A stretch of 64,000 nt of DNA from Octopus vulgaris (taxonomy: Eukaryota). Within the stretch, counting starts at the first letter, position 1, and each line of letters starts with the position of its first letter. Positions 12,599 through 25,806 of this stretch are shown here, piece by piece. The position numbers and the translations under genes were made by a program. The notes below the pieces were generated by a model. It saw only the letters and a program-made list of their open reading frames with translations, had not been told where the DNA came from and made no database searches. Where the stretch lies: positions 199,392,001 to 199,456,000 of the forward strand of contig OX597814.1 in NCBI GenBank assembly GCA_951406725.2, given 5' to 3'.

Positions 12599-13461
12599 AT
12601 ATATTTTTCTGAAGTATTTGATTTTGGAGATGGTATAAAAGTCCACATAGGTAGTACTGAAGTTGCAATCTCAGTAAATACTCTCTCTCTTTCTCTCTCT
12701 CTCTCCGTCTCTACTCTCACTTAACCATGAGTCAGCGTCACACATTTGGTCTGAGCGTATTAATAAATGTACTGGATTTAGGCAGATTTTCATTTGTCTA
12801 CTGAGTAGAGAGTGTCTAAATGGATGAACTGACTACTATAGATGCGTTTCTGTGTGTGTGCGCGCGCACGTTGTATTCCGTAGTCCGTTGTACATGTAAA
12901 TACAAATTATATAAAAGCACTAAAGATGAGGTAAAATAATTTGTCTTTCGTTTGACTTTCCTTACTTTCGAAACACCAGTTTGCTTTAAAAGACACATTA
13001 GAACATAGCAGTCACTTTAAATTGAATTCTTCGGATATACAAACTAATTAATGTTATTGGAAATCTATATAAATTCTAAAAATGTGTTTTATATAATTGA
13101 TATTACATAATGTTAATTATTGTTTTCTTGGTGAATATGACTGTTCATATTTTCAGTTACGATATGAAAGCCATACCTTTAAAATGGCAACACAATATAT
13201 ATATCTGGAAAAAAGTTAAAATAGAAAATGCTAAAATAATCTTATGAAAAAAAAGTTCAGTACCTGTTTCAGTCATTGAGACTTTTTCAACTGTAAATAT
13301 GGAAAATAATTAAATTTTGGGAAAATTAAAAGAAAAATGTTTTTAAAAGAATATTTGCATTTTCCTTGTTTCTACCTGTTTCTGCCTCTCTTGTTTAATC
13401 TTGAGTAAACACAAGAGTAAACACATATATATATCAACTCGTGTGTTCCTTTTCAACCTTC

Positions 13462-13464
<3 letters not shown>

Positions 13465-13517
<53 letters not shown>

Positions 13518-13588
13518 GTATGACCACTAAGTGGACATCCAATATGCTAGATGTAGACCCCACATGGTCTCACAGCTAAGAAAAGATT

Positions 13589-13639
<51 letters not shown>

Positions 13640-13665
13640 TGTGTATGTATTTATATATATATATA
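13465..13665. repeat. (TA)n microsatellite arrays with a short ~78-bp insert
   Basis: Two long TA runs separated by the unique segment 13516-13592. Confidence 0.9.
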
Positions 13666-14047
13666 TCTCTCTATATAAACGGCAGTTTGTCTGTGCGTGT
13701 TTCTGTGTGTCTGTTTGCTTGTACCCTCACCCTGACCACATCTTTCAACCGATTCTGATGAAACTTGACACACACATAGCCCAATGTCATAATTCAAAAC
13801 TAACGCAGCCAAAATTTTGAAAAGTTCCCCCAGTTCTGAAAAAAATCGATAAATTCGACATGGGGTCGAGAATCAGAAACACGAACCACAAACTGTCTAG
13901 GGGACGCAACTCCACCTTTTTTAAATCTCAAAAAAAATTTACCATCATTTTTTTCCATTTTTTTGCTATTTTTTGGCTATAACTCTCTAAAAATGCTTTA
14001 TAGTTATTTCCCTTACAAACCTGAGCAACGCCGGGCGATACTGCTAG
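13666..14047 (+). mobile_element. Non-autonomous Helitron, second subfamily
   Basis: A|TC start, 3' cctgagcaacgccgggcgatactgCTAG|T. Shares the 3' ~130 bp with 3874-4282 but has a different 5' half. Confidence 0.85.
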
Positions 14048-14173
14048 TATATATATATATATATATATGCGTGTGTATGTATTTATATATATATATGCGT
14101 GTGTATGTATTTATATATATATATATATGCGTGTGTATGTATTTATATATATATATATACATATATGCGTGTG

Positions 14174-14223
<50 letters not shown>

Positions 14224-14250
14224 CACACACATACGTAAGTATATATACAA
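14048..14250. repeat. (TA)n-gcgtgtgtatgtattt minisatellite
   Basis: Unit repeated about 4 times here, with one more copy at 13630-13665. Confidence 0.85.
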
Positions 14251-14663
14251 ACTAGCAATGGTGAATTCTTTACTTATCATTATTACTAAATTACTAAAGC
14301 TCACTAAAAACACTAGATTTCATATTACTGTTTTATCTTGAAATGTTCAAATTGATGGAAAGGAAAATGCTTCATAACACATACGTGATATCAAAATTCT
14401 TTATTTTAGCAACGGCGAAGAAGAAACGTGAATACTTTCGCCGTTGAAGTTCTGCAGGATACGCCTTTAATTTTCTTTAACATTACTCTGATGTAAATGC
14501 TGCCGTGTGAAGATAACCATTAATCTATGTCATTCTTATGCAGGCGTGCCTCAGTGTATATTCTCTGGTGTGTTTTACAGAATTGAAAATGAACCTAAAA
14601 ATCAGTGTTTGACCATCATTTTCCCTTGTTGATTATTTAGAAATATACACGGTTGATCATTAA

Positions 14664-15053
14664 CTAGCAGTATCGCCCGGCGTTGCTCGGGTTTGTAAGG
14701 GAAATAACTATATAAACATTTTAGAGATGTAAAGTATAATAGCCATCTCAATATGGCTAACCACAAAGGGGGGGTTACTGTAGCTTTTTACGTTCTGAGA
14801 TTTAATAATAAATTTTTAGAGAGTTAGTTCCCTTTTATATGCTTAAATTGCATTAAAAATGGGAAAAATTGATGGTAATTTTTTTTTTAAATCGTAGACT
14901 CATCGTAGACGCGCGCTAATACCCAGAAGGGCTCGATATGAATCACGACTATAAGATACCCGGTTTTGGTTAAACTGCACCGCAAAATGTGGGAGTAGTT
15001 AGGAATCTAAATCGTAGGAGACAGACACACAACTTCACTTTTATATATAAAGA
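14664..15053 (-). mobile_element. Non-autonomous Helitron, full length
   Basis: Minus strand reads A|TCTTTATATATAAAA ... CCCGAGCAACGCCGGGCGATACTGCTAG|T: canonical TC/CTAG ends, AT target, no TSD. Confidence 0.9.
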
Positions 15054-16089
15054 TTATTGTTTTCGTTACAATCAATTAACTTTAAATATGTTACCTTGTT
15101 TTCTACGTCAATCATTTTTATCTGTAAAACCATGTTAAACTTTTACGAGAAACATGTAATATTTACAAAGAATTAGTAAATAGTTTTAAGTCTTACAAAT
15201 ACTTTAATCGAAATGAAGATTGATGTTATTCCATTTGGTTGAAGTTTTCACCTTACTGGGTTATGTAGAAAAATGTTTTCCGGATAATATGCGTAAGCAG
15301 AAATAGAATATTAATTTTCTCTCAGTAAGTTGAAAGCATATCAGTGTAAATTCTTTTATTTTGGGTGTAATTGATATAAGAATGAAATTAGTGCAAGAAT
15401 TTTTCGATGTAATTGGTGTAAGAATGAAATCACATGGCCTATGTTGTTTTGATTAAAAGTTAATGGAAATATATAAATATAAATTATCCTTACATTTTTT
15501 CTTTAGCTTCAATTGCTATAGACACAGAGCGTTTGACTGGATGGATGATGGCTCAGCCAGGCGAGAAGCAAATGTGTATTCAAATTCTATTATTGCTGCG
15601 AAAGCAAAATCAAAACATTTAATAGTTAATTGCGTATATAATAGAAAAATAAGCAAGAAGTTTAAGATAAATTTAGAATGATTATGATTATTATCATGGC
15701 AACAACAAAAATAATAACAACGACGAAGACAATGAATAATAGTAATAATACTGATGAGAAGAAGTAGAATTATAGGTTCCTATTTATATAGGATTTTTCA
15801 TCTGTCAATAATTTCAGTATAAACAGAAAGAAATCTGAAACGTCGCTGAAAGCAGTTTTAAAGTTTTGTCTACATCAAAAAAAGCAGTGTCTTCCACTGA
15901 TATTTCGCTTCTCATTTTACGAAGTAAAACCGGGAGATCTATGAAAGAAACATGCGTTCTCTTTTATACATAGGTACCTTACATACGCATACACACAAAT
16001 ACACCCGCACAGATGAATTCAATAGCGAGAGAAGGGAAGGGAGAGAGAGAGGGAGGCAGACAGGGAAAGGAAGACCAATGATATAATAC

Positions 16090-16950
16090 AAAACTTAGAT
16101 AACCTAGATAGGTTTCGGCCACTCTAAGCCCAGACTATGTCTATCTTAATAGCACCACAGGGTGAAGTCATTTTAGATCGTGATTCAGACCTTAGTCTTA
16201 TATGGGATACAATGGCCCACTCTAGCAAAAAGTTATTGTATCCGGGTGTAGGAGGTTGGTCCGAGATTTTTTAAAGAAATTTGTCCAGAGAACTTTTAAA
16301 TTTAATGGGATCTGTTTCCCTTTTTATGTATTTTGGTATAATATTAAAGAGAGCTGAACCAGTTGAGGTAAAGTAGTTGTGTCGTAATGCCAACATCATA
16401 TGTGCAATATTAAAGGAATGTTTTCCACATTACACAAATAATGTAGCGCTTCCGGTGGCGTAGAGATTGAGTTTTTTTCCAGTCGCGCCCCAATAGCCAA
16501 TGCCTGTCATGCTGTTTATCTTTCTTGTTATTGATCTCTGGAGGGCTTCTACTTTCATAATGCTTTGCTTCGTGTGGGGAGACTACAGTCGGCAACCGGG
16601 CAAAAGTAGAGAAGAGAAGGATGATGGTATGAACATCTCTAGACTAGAAAGTTCTCAGAATCCAGGAGCTCATGTTGCGAACCAAGTCAACCTTGCTGTT
16701 TATGTAGGAACTTCAGCTTAAATTATCTTCAAGGTCTCTGGGGATGTTGGATGACACTAGGGAGTCGTCTGAGGGAAGGGCATATGGTAGTTTCAGATTG
16801 TTCTCTTTTCCAAAGTGGATCAAATTATACTTATCTTCATTTAGAAGCATATTATTCTTTTCCAGCCAACAGCAAACAGATCCGACTGAAGGCATGTAAG
16901 GTGCGTGGAGAACCGCAAGAATTCGAAGAATAACGTAGCTGTCCATTCTT
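16090..16950 (-). mobile_element. CR1-like LINE relic (RT C-terminus plus 3' UTR)
   Basis: WLEKNNMLLNEDKYNLIHFG...RDL and YFTSTGSALFNIIPKYIK...FKSSLDKFL*KISDQPPTPGY, with stops and frameshifts. Confidence 0.75.
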
Positions 16951-17008
16951 GAACACTTCCGTTTAGACGATACGTGTTCATAAACACGCGATTCACTGAC
17001 TTAAGGGG

Positions 17009-17760
17009 AGCTTTTAGTCACCGCGGTGTTTCGAACTTATCTTGTTTCTCCTCAGTCAAAGCTACCTCATCATATGTTATTGCATATATAATTATATAGT
17101 ATAATATATTATATGCGTTTGTGTGTGTGTGTTCGATTACTAGCTGCATCATAATCATCCTCAGATATTTCCTTGTTATTATTTATAAAGTTAATATTTC
17201 TGTATGTTATATCACTTAATATTTTCTGTATGTTAGGTTTACTCGCTATTTATAAGTCTTTCTATAAATTAGTATAGTTTTCTATATGGCTTTTTATTGT
17301 GGTTTACTAATGGTAGAATTTTCCTGGTGTTGAATTGTTCTTAGAAACGTTGTCAGATTTAAGTTAAGTTTCGAAGACCTCGATGCCATTTCGACAAGTA
17401 GATCACTTGACACCTCCTTTAGCAGCCCGGTCTTTCAGATTCTTGATTTTGAAGCCATTTCATCCTTCTTGGTCACTTTGACTTACACATCTTCTATTAC
17501 TTTTAAGATGTGGATAAAGTGTCTGCCTTGGCATTCTACCGTTCTCTTTCAAAATATCTTGAACCGCTTAAGAACGTTAACATTTGACTGTATCTTGTCA
17601 GGTGATATCCAGAATCCTACTGAGGAATTTTTGTTAAGCTATGCAAGATTTATGGGTGCTTTAGATATTCATTCAGTGGCTCACCGTATAAAGAAGCTTC
17701 GAATCACAGCTTCTTACAGCTGATATTTGTGAAACATTTAAGATTTTTTAAGAGCTTAAC
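17009..17760 (-). mobile_element. Penelope-like element relic (GIY-YIG-like C-terminus, 3' region with degenerate hammerhead)
   Basis: Decayed coding-like sequence resembling the PLE endonuclease tail (..KGG..DLC....NLN..), and a CTGAGGA..GAAAC motif at 17009-17063. Confidence 0.5.
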
Positions 17761-17891
17761 TTTGCGAAGATGTGCTATATTTCAGAGAACTGTATACTTT
17801 TTTTTTTTATCATTTGCCTACATGGGAATAAAGTGATATACATAACAAAAGACTCTGACAACCTTCAGAGCAGAGCAAAGTTTAAAGTAAC

Positions 17892-18121
17892 CTATTTCTT
17901 TACTGCCCATAAGGGGCTAAACACAGGGTACAAACAAGGACAGACAAACGGATTGAGTCGATTACATCGACCCCAGTGCGTAACTGGTACTTAATTTATC
18001 GACCCCGAAAGGATGAAAGCAAAGTCGACCTCGGCGGAATTTGAACTCAGAACGTAACGGCAGCCGAAATACTGCTAAGCATTCCGGCCGGTGTGCTAAC
18101 GTCTCTGCCAGCTCGCCGCCT
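17892..18121 (-). mobile_element. SINE family B
   Basis: Full unit flanked by the direct repeat gtttaaagtaa. Confidence 0.9.
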
Positions 18122-18434
18122 TCAACGTTTAAAGTAATCATTGATGACGTGTGTATGTGCTGCGTAAATGATATAACTGGCTTCTAAAGATAGTATAACC
18201 GATTCCTTAAATGATGGTTATTGCTGAATATTATCTTCATGCTTTGTAGACCGATTTCTTCTTGACATGCAACTGGTGTAAGGGATCCTAACTTGTTACG
18301 CAAAATCTTATGATTGAACGGTCGGATTTGTAACAATAGTGAAGTTGCCACTTTCTTTCTGTCTTTATTAGTATTACACACGGACACAGGCATACATGCG
18401 TACATATATACATACATACATACATACGCACAAC

Positions 18435-18960
18435 AGACTTGATATAATGATTTAGGATAGAGAAGAGGAACTGTGCACAGTAGTGGAAATTAGCTGCCCA
18501 GCGGTTGTTAACATAAAGCTGAAGATCAGTGAAAAAGAGAACACCTATGCTGAACTATTGCAGTTACGCTATCCAGATTACAATTTCAGTTTTATACCTG
18601 TAATTATTGGGGACCAGGGATATGTAACACACTACCCAAATACCAATCTTGTGAAATTAGGCTTCTCAAAACCAGAAAGGAGAAAGCTAAATCTAAGACT
18701 AGAGGTCCAATCCATCACTGGAACTGTAAAAATCTGTAAAACTTTCCAGAAGTTTATCATTTAAATATATATGAGTATGTCTAGATATGCAACTCTGTGT
18801 GTGAGAATACATACATAAAACATACAAATCTATACATGCATACATACATACATACAACAAATACTCTGTTGATGTTAAAATTCCAATGAAAGAACCTTGC
18901 ATCTAGGTTAGAAACCGGTTCTTTATCTATTGGCAAGAAATCTTGAAATAAACTGAATAA
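18435..18960 (+). mobile_element. REL-endonuclease non-LTR element 3' end (R4/Dong/R2-like)
   Basis: CTVVEISCP...KISEKENTYAEL...YNFSFIPVIIG...TGTVKICKTF (REL motif pattern), followed by a 3' UTR. Confidence 0.75.
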
Positions 18961-19939
18961 TGACATACGTACATACATATACACACATATGTAGCCTGTA
19001 TGTTTTCCGTCTTCTTTATAAAAGTTTGTGTGTGTGACTGTGTGTGTATGCTTGTGTTTAAGCATTAAAAATCCGTGATAGGTAGCAGAAATAAAACCTA
19101 CCATTTTCGACTGGTACCCCTCTGGTTTTCCTGTAAGAAATAGAATATCAGGCAATGATTCCATGTTAAAAGACGTCACTTCTTTAGAAACTATATACCG
19201 AAATGCGCATTTTACTTCAATTACTTTCATTAATTTACTTATTTATTTTTTCAATTTCTAATTAGCAATATTGTACACATTTTATTATAGCGTGTCTTAT
19301 TATAAGATATTAAATTTAAATGTAAACACGAAGTCAATAACATTTAAATTAGTTCAAAATATGTTGTTCAAAATCCAAGTAGTTTCATATGAATGCAGAA
19401 AAATACTATGTCGTATAAAATGTGCACATGAAGCTAACGATCGCGACAGCATTCAATTTGATGCTGTGTTGCCAGAGACTCCAGCTTAGGAAACACAATG
19501 TTACTTTATGTTGTGCTATAGCACACAGATACAGCATTAATATACCAGTAAAGTTATTTATCACAAACTAAGGTGAAATTTCGGATAATAAGTATGTTTT
19601 TAGTATTGTATGCATTCCCTAACTGCATTTTATCGACAGTTCATTGCTGCATAAGTCAGTCAATTATAGGTTGTAAAATACTTTGAAGTCAAAAGTCATC
19701 TAAGAATATCTAAAGATCAAAACAGCAGCAACAATAACATCATTATAAAAGTAAAAAATTGCTAGAGCACAAAAGGGATTTTTTTCATACAAACCCAGAT
19801 CAAATATGATTTCAATTTCTGGATGAAGCATTTCAATTCATTTACATTTATTATGCTCTCAGAATGTGCAGAAACGGCAATGATGATTCTCAAATAGATG
19901 AAATACTTTATCAAACTAAATATTGAATAGATATATATA

Positions 19940-20176
19940 TTTCTATCTCTTTACTACCCACAAGGGGCTAAACACAGAGGGGACAAACAAGGACAGACAA
20001 ACGGATTAAGTCGATTATATCGACCCCCAGTGAGTAACTGGTACTTAATTTATCGACCCCGAAGGGGTGAAACGCAAAGTCGACCTCGGCGGAATTTGAA
20101 CTCAGAACGTAGCGGCAGACGAAATACTGCTAAGAATTTCGCCCGGCATGCTAACGTTTCTGCCAGCTTGCCGCCT
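19940..20176 (-). mobile_element. SINE family B
   Basis: Full unit. TSD-like tattgaataga at 19921 and 20177. Confidence 0.9.
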
Positions 20177-20532
20177 TATTGAATAGAAATACATCCAGGG
20201 ATTCAATATTAACAACCATATTCATATGTTTAATTCAGTTGGCTCGTCATCTATTTTTCAAATTTGGGGGCTTGTGCTTATGCAGATTTGCTTGTGCTTG
20301 CGAAGAACTAATTTTTCAAGAAATAATAACTTATTTTATAAATTCATTTTCGTACATACCGTAAATTATTAAGCATATTTGTATGTCACTGGAATCAGTG
20401 CAGTTAGTGATATTACAGCTACTGTTTTGTTCCTTTGATAAGTTAGCAGGAATTTTGACTTCAGCGTATTTCACAACACACAAATGACTCCGTAAATCAG
20501 CAATGAATTGGCGATAAAATGGTTGTCTGAAT

Positions 20533-20712
20533 TCTTTTACTCTTTTACTTGTTTCAGTAATTTGACTGGCGGCCATGCTGGAGCACCGTCTTTAGTCGAG
20601 CAAATCGACCCCAGGACTTATTCTATTGGCCTCTTTTGCTGAATCACTAAGTTACAGGAACGTAAACACAGACACACAAGCATATACACACGTACGTGTA
20701 TGTATGTATATA

Positions 20713-20751
<39 letters not shown>

Positions 20752-20908
20752 GACGGGCTTCTTTCAGTTTCCATCTACCAAATCCACTCACAAGGCTTTA
20801 GTCGGCCCGAGGCTATAGTAGACACTTGCCCAAGGTGCCACGCAGTGGGACTGAACACGGAACCATGTGGTTGGTAAGCAAGCTACTTACCACACAGCCA
20901 CTCCTACG
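20533..20908 (-). mobile_element. SINE family A (internal deletions)
   Basis: Family A sequence. Confidence 0.85.
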
Positions 20909-21777
20909 TCACTTCTATAATAAATATGTATGTATATCACTACTGTGTTTTTTGTTATATCACAGTACCAAGTGTTATCAGATTTCTAAGACAGAATCAG
21001 CGCAATGGTCTAAGTATCTTTAGTTTGTGGTGAAATACATAAGTGTTATTCATGCACGGCGTATTTTTTATATGGCAAGTTATTTATCCTGAAAACTTCT
21101 GAAATTATGGCAATTGATGCAAGATATTTTTAAACAATTTAGCTGTAAGTTGATTGCATGCTTAAATTAAATTTAAGATGTTGCTACTTAACACGCTATA
21201 ATAAAATGTGTATAAATATTGCTAATTAGAAACGTGGAAAATGAGAATGATTGAAACTCCAAGAAGTAAAACACACATATCAGAATTATGTTTCTAAATA
21301 GACTTTTCACGGCAAGAAGTTCTGTCTACAGCTTATATATGTTTATTGTTAATAGCTAGCATAATACTAATAACAAAACAATGCAGTTTCTTTCTGCCTT
21401 CTTTCAGTAAGTCTTATCTTCCCTCCATTTACACCCTCATTATAATCATTAACTCCTCACAAACATTGTATCTTCTTTTCATCGTTCCCCCTCTATATCA
21501 CTCTCTCTCATTCACACTCTCTATGCATGGATATATATATATATATTCTTTTATTCTATTTGTTTCAGTCATTTGACTGCGGCCATGCTGGAGCACCGCC
21601 TTTAGTCGAGCAAATCGACCAGAGGACTTATTCTTTGTAAGCCTAGTACTTATACTATCAGTCTCTCTTGCCGAACCGCTAAGTGACGGGGACGTAAACA
21701 CACCAGCATCGGTTGTCAAGCGATGTTGGGGGGAAAAACAGACACACAAACATATACAAACACACACACACACACGC

Positions 21778-21813
<36 letters not shown>

Positions 21814-22655
21814 ATATATATATATACACGACGGGACTCTTTCAGTTTCTAACTACCAAATCCACTCACAAGGCTTTGGTCGGCCCGAGGCTATAGTAGA
21901 AGACACTTGCCCATGGTGCCACGCAGTGGGACTGAACACGGAACCATGTGGTTGGTAAGCAAGCTACTTACCATACAGCCACTCCTACGCCTGTCCCTTC
22001 TATAATAAATATGTATGTATATCACTACTGTGTTTTTTGTTATACCACAGTACCAAGTGTTATCAGATTTCTAAGACAGAATCAGCGCAATGGTCTTAAG
22101 TATCTTTAGTTTGTGGTGAAATACATAAGTGTTATTCATGCACGGTGTATTTTTTATATGGCAAGTTATTTATCCTGAAAACTTCTGAAATTATGGCAAT
22201 TGATGCAAGATATTTTAAAACAATTTAGCTGTAAGTTGATTGCATGCTTAAATTAAATTTAAGATGTTACTACTTAACACGCTATAATAAAATGTGTATA
22301 AATATTGCTAATTAGAAACGTGGAAAATAAGAATGATTGAAACTCCAAGAAGTAAAACACACATATCAGAATTATGTTTCTAAATAGACTTTTCACGGCA
22401 AGAAGTTCTGTCTACAGCTTATATATGTTTATTGTTAATAGCTAGCATAATACTAATAACAAAACAATGCAGTTTCTTTCTGCCTTCTTTCAGTAAGTTT
22501 TATCTTCCCTCCATTTACACCCTCATTATAATCATTAACTCCTCACAAACATTGTATCTTCTTTTCATCGTTCCCCCTCTATATCACTCTCTCTCTCATT
22601 CACACTCTCTCATTCACACTCTCTATGCATGGATATATATATATATATATATATA
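20909..22655. repeat. Tandem duplication with ~1086-bp period
   Basis: 20909-21545 and 21995-22655 are near-identical. ORF-track entries at 21346 and 22432 differ by 1086. Confidence 0.95.
21546..21991 (-). mobile_element. SINE family A (probably a recombinant copy)
   Basis: Family A sequence lying between the two duplicated units. Confidence 0.88.
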
Positions 22656-22659
22656 TTAA

Positions 22660-22985
22660 TAAATAAAACATATACATGTATATATACATATGTGTACGTA
22701 CCTACCTCTACATGTATATATACACGCATATATGGGTACAGGACACCAAAAAAACATCGAACACAATGAGAAACGAAAACATAAACACAAAACCAAGGAA
22801 CTGGACATTTTTCTTAAACAACAACAAAAAATAGAGTACAGGACAAATAACACAAGGAAACTTCCCTTCTTCAGTCGCCATGGTTTCATCTACTCTGCGT
22901 TTCGAAGGTGAAGGTGTCCTGTACCCATATATATACATGTAGAGGTAGGTACGTACATATATGCATATATATATGCATATGTTTT
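22660..22985. repeat. Inverted-repeat-flanked insert (Penelope pLTR-like)
   Basis: Arms about 22665-22747 and 22913-22985 (gtacgtacctacctctacatgtatat...gggtacaggacacc / ggtgtcctgtaccc...gtagaggtaggtacgtac). Confidence 0.75.
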
Positions 22986-23070
22986 AATTATTAATATATT
23001 ATATGACGGAACGCACGCATCCATTTCTAAGTAAGATTGTTTTTGATATATATATATATATATATATATA

Positions 23071-23325
23071 TTCTTTTATTCTTCTATTTGTTTCAGTCAT
23101 TTGACTGCGGCCATGCTGGAGCACACCGCATTTAGTCAAGCAAATCGACCCCAGGACTTATTCTTTGTAAGCCTAGTACTTATTCTTTCGGTCTCTTTTG
23201 CCGAAACCGCTTGTGACGGGGACGTAAACACACCAGCATCAGTTGTCAAACGATGTTGGGGGGACAGAGACACACAGACATATAAACACACACACACGCA
23301 CACACACGCACACACACACACACAT

Positions 23326-23377
<52 letters not shown>

Positions 23378-23545
23378 GACGGGTTTCTCTCAGTTTCCGT
23401 CTACCAAATCCAGTCACAAGGCTTTGGTCGGCCCGAGGCTATCGTAGAAGACGCTTGCGCAAGGTGCCAGGTGCCACGCAGTGGGATTGAATCCGGAACC
23501 ATGCGGTTGGTAAGCAAGCTTCTTACTACACAGCCACTCCTGCGC
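23071..23545 (-). mobile_element. SINE family A
   Basis: Family A sequence with a long internal CA/TA tract. Confidence 0.88.
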
Positions 23546-23565
23546 CTATATATATATATATATAT

Positions 23566-23692
23566 ATAGGGGGGAGAGTTCACGAAAAAAATGTAAGACG
23601 AAGACAGGTGGCGTAGAAAACAAATAGATGTATTAGTATACCGCTCAGGAATTGAAAAAATCCTTTAACGTTTCGAACCTACGCTCTTCTAT
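23566..23692 (-). mobile_element. Short repeat in (TA)n, Penelope pLTR-like, with a truncated hammerhead-like core
   Basis: Homologous to 47833-47936. Minus strand gaagagcgtaggttcgaaacgtt. Confidence 0.5.
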
Positions 23693-25743
23693 ATACATAC
23701 ACACACAGGTGCGTGCGTATGTGTGTGTATAACTCCCTTCCTATCTGTATTATTTTCCCTATCATCCCCTCATGTGCTATATTTCTGTTATTTTCCCACA
23801 ATACATCCCTATTTACACTGTCTGCTCATCTGACCGTTGCGTGACTACTGAAATTCTCTCTCCTCTCTCGCTTTCTTTGTCTCCTCGTCATTCCAATATA
23901 TCAATTCTCTACTTAGCTGTTTATATATCTCACATAATTCTCTATATAACAATTGCTGTCTCTTTCATCTTCTTTTTATATCCCACTGTGGCTATGCGGA
24001 GGGAGAACGAACAAAACTCTTGATTAGTAATCTAGTCTTTTATATATTAATATCATTTGCTGAAGAAATGAATTGTAAAATGAATTGCCGAGTCATGAAC
24101 TCTTTATCGTTCTGTCTTCTCTTTCCTATATCTCCCGTAACACAATAGAAAAACATCTGTAGATGTTTCCACTAATAACATAATTATACAAAACGTTTCA
24201 TAGACCCTCATTAAAGAAAGACAATCCTTCAATAAAATATTAATAAGCAATTATTGACTGACGGCGCTACTTATATTCTTAGAAACATTATTATATCAGT
24301 TTATCATTTGGCATTAACCAGTTCTTCTGTAGAGCCTATCATCAAGTTCTTTGCCACTTTGCAATCATGAATAGCTTTACTAAAATCATTTAATCTTTCC
24401 TATCAATAAAAAAACACCCAGTTATACATTGTCAGCAATTGTAATTCAATGTATCACTGAATTAGTTTCATTGTGGTACTTAGAGCAAACGAATTGGATT
24501 CTTTTGTCTTTACTGGGAAATAAATTCTGTTCATAATTTGTAAACATATTTCTTCAAATTGCATTTTAACACCTGATAAACATTTGTATTTCTCTCCTAT
24601 TTTGGAATTGTTCAGGACCGTGTTGCATGAATATCCATTATAATATAATTGTTCACAATTTCATTTACAATAATGCACTTTAATACCTATGAATTTTACT
24701 TAGAATTAACGTATAGCTGGTGGAGCCCATGGAAATTCCCGGACTGTATTTGATACTGCGGGATTGTTGAAAGTTTATAGAGAAATATAAGATACATAAT
24801 CTCTATAGAAATTGTACATTTTTCTGATGAAATTAATAATAAAGATAGTTTTAAGTCCATTAGAAGTCAAGTCTTCGGACACAGCCTCTTTGAAAACTGT
24901 ATTTTGTTGTACATTTGTCACATATCCTCTCGTGAGTGTTGTTAGATATTATTCTTCACTTCATTCCAGTAATTAGATGAACAAAATCAGAGCTATAATC
25001 TAAATATAATACTGGTTTCAAATTCTGGCACAAGGCCAGCAGCTTCAGAGGATGGGTAAGTTGGTTACACTTACCACTGCTCAACTGGGACTTATTTTTT
25101 CTTCAGGTAAACATTAAATTAGTGTTCTGTCGGTATCGAATGCTTAGTTCGGGGATATTTACCAATTTCCGCCAATCAGAAAGATATGGAAGTAGGGGTT
25201 ATGGGCGGTTCCTGTAACTATTTTGACTTATCATATACGTGTGTATAGATGGATGTATGTGTGTGTGTGTGTGTGTATGTGCGTGCGTGTATAAAGAGTA
25301 CGTGAGAGTGAATATATGTAGTACTTCACTTTGTACTTAGACCTGTGAAAGTGGACGCGTGTGGATAGAAAGACAAAAAGAGAAAGAAGAAATCAATGAT
25401 ATAAGAGAAGCAAAAATAAAATGGTCATGAATTTCTTTGTTTTGAATTCGGTGTACATGCGCTGTGAGTGTGAAGGTGGGTGGGTGTTGGACCTTTGATT
25501 CAACCCCGATGCCAGCAGGGCACTACATTACAATTTATAAGGCGTGAGGAACAAATTTTTGTTTAGATGTTATCAGTTCGTGATTTTTGTTCGGTCGCCA
25601 GTGAAGGCAAAGAATAGGATTAGGTGGTACCAATAAGTATTGGGTCCCTGCTGTTCTGTCAATCCTGTTGTCTAGGTAGGTGGGCGTGTTATTTGCTAGT
25701 GATGCTACTATACATTCGTTGATGGTTTTTTCCATATAACCAG

Positions 25744-25806
<63 letters not shown>

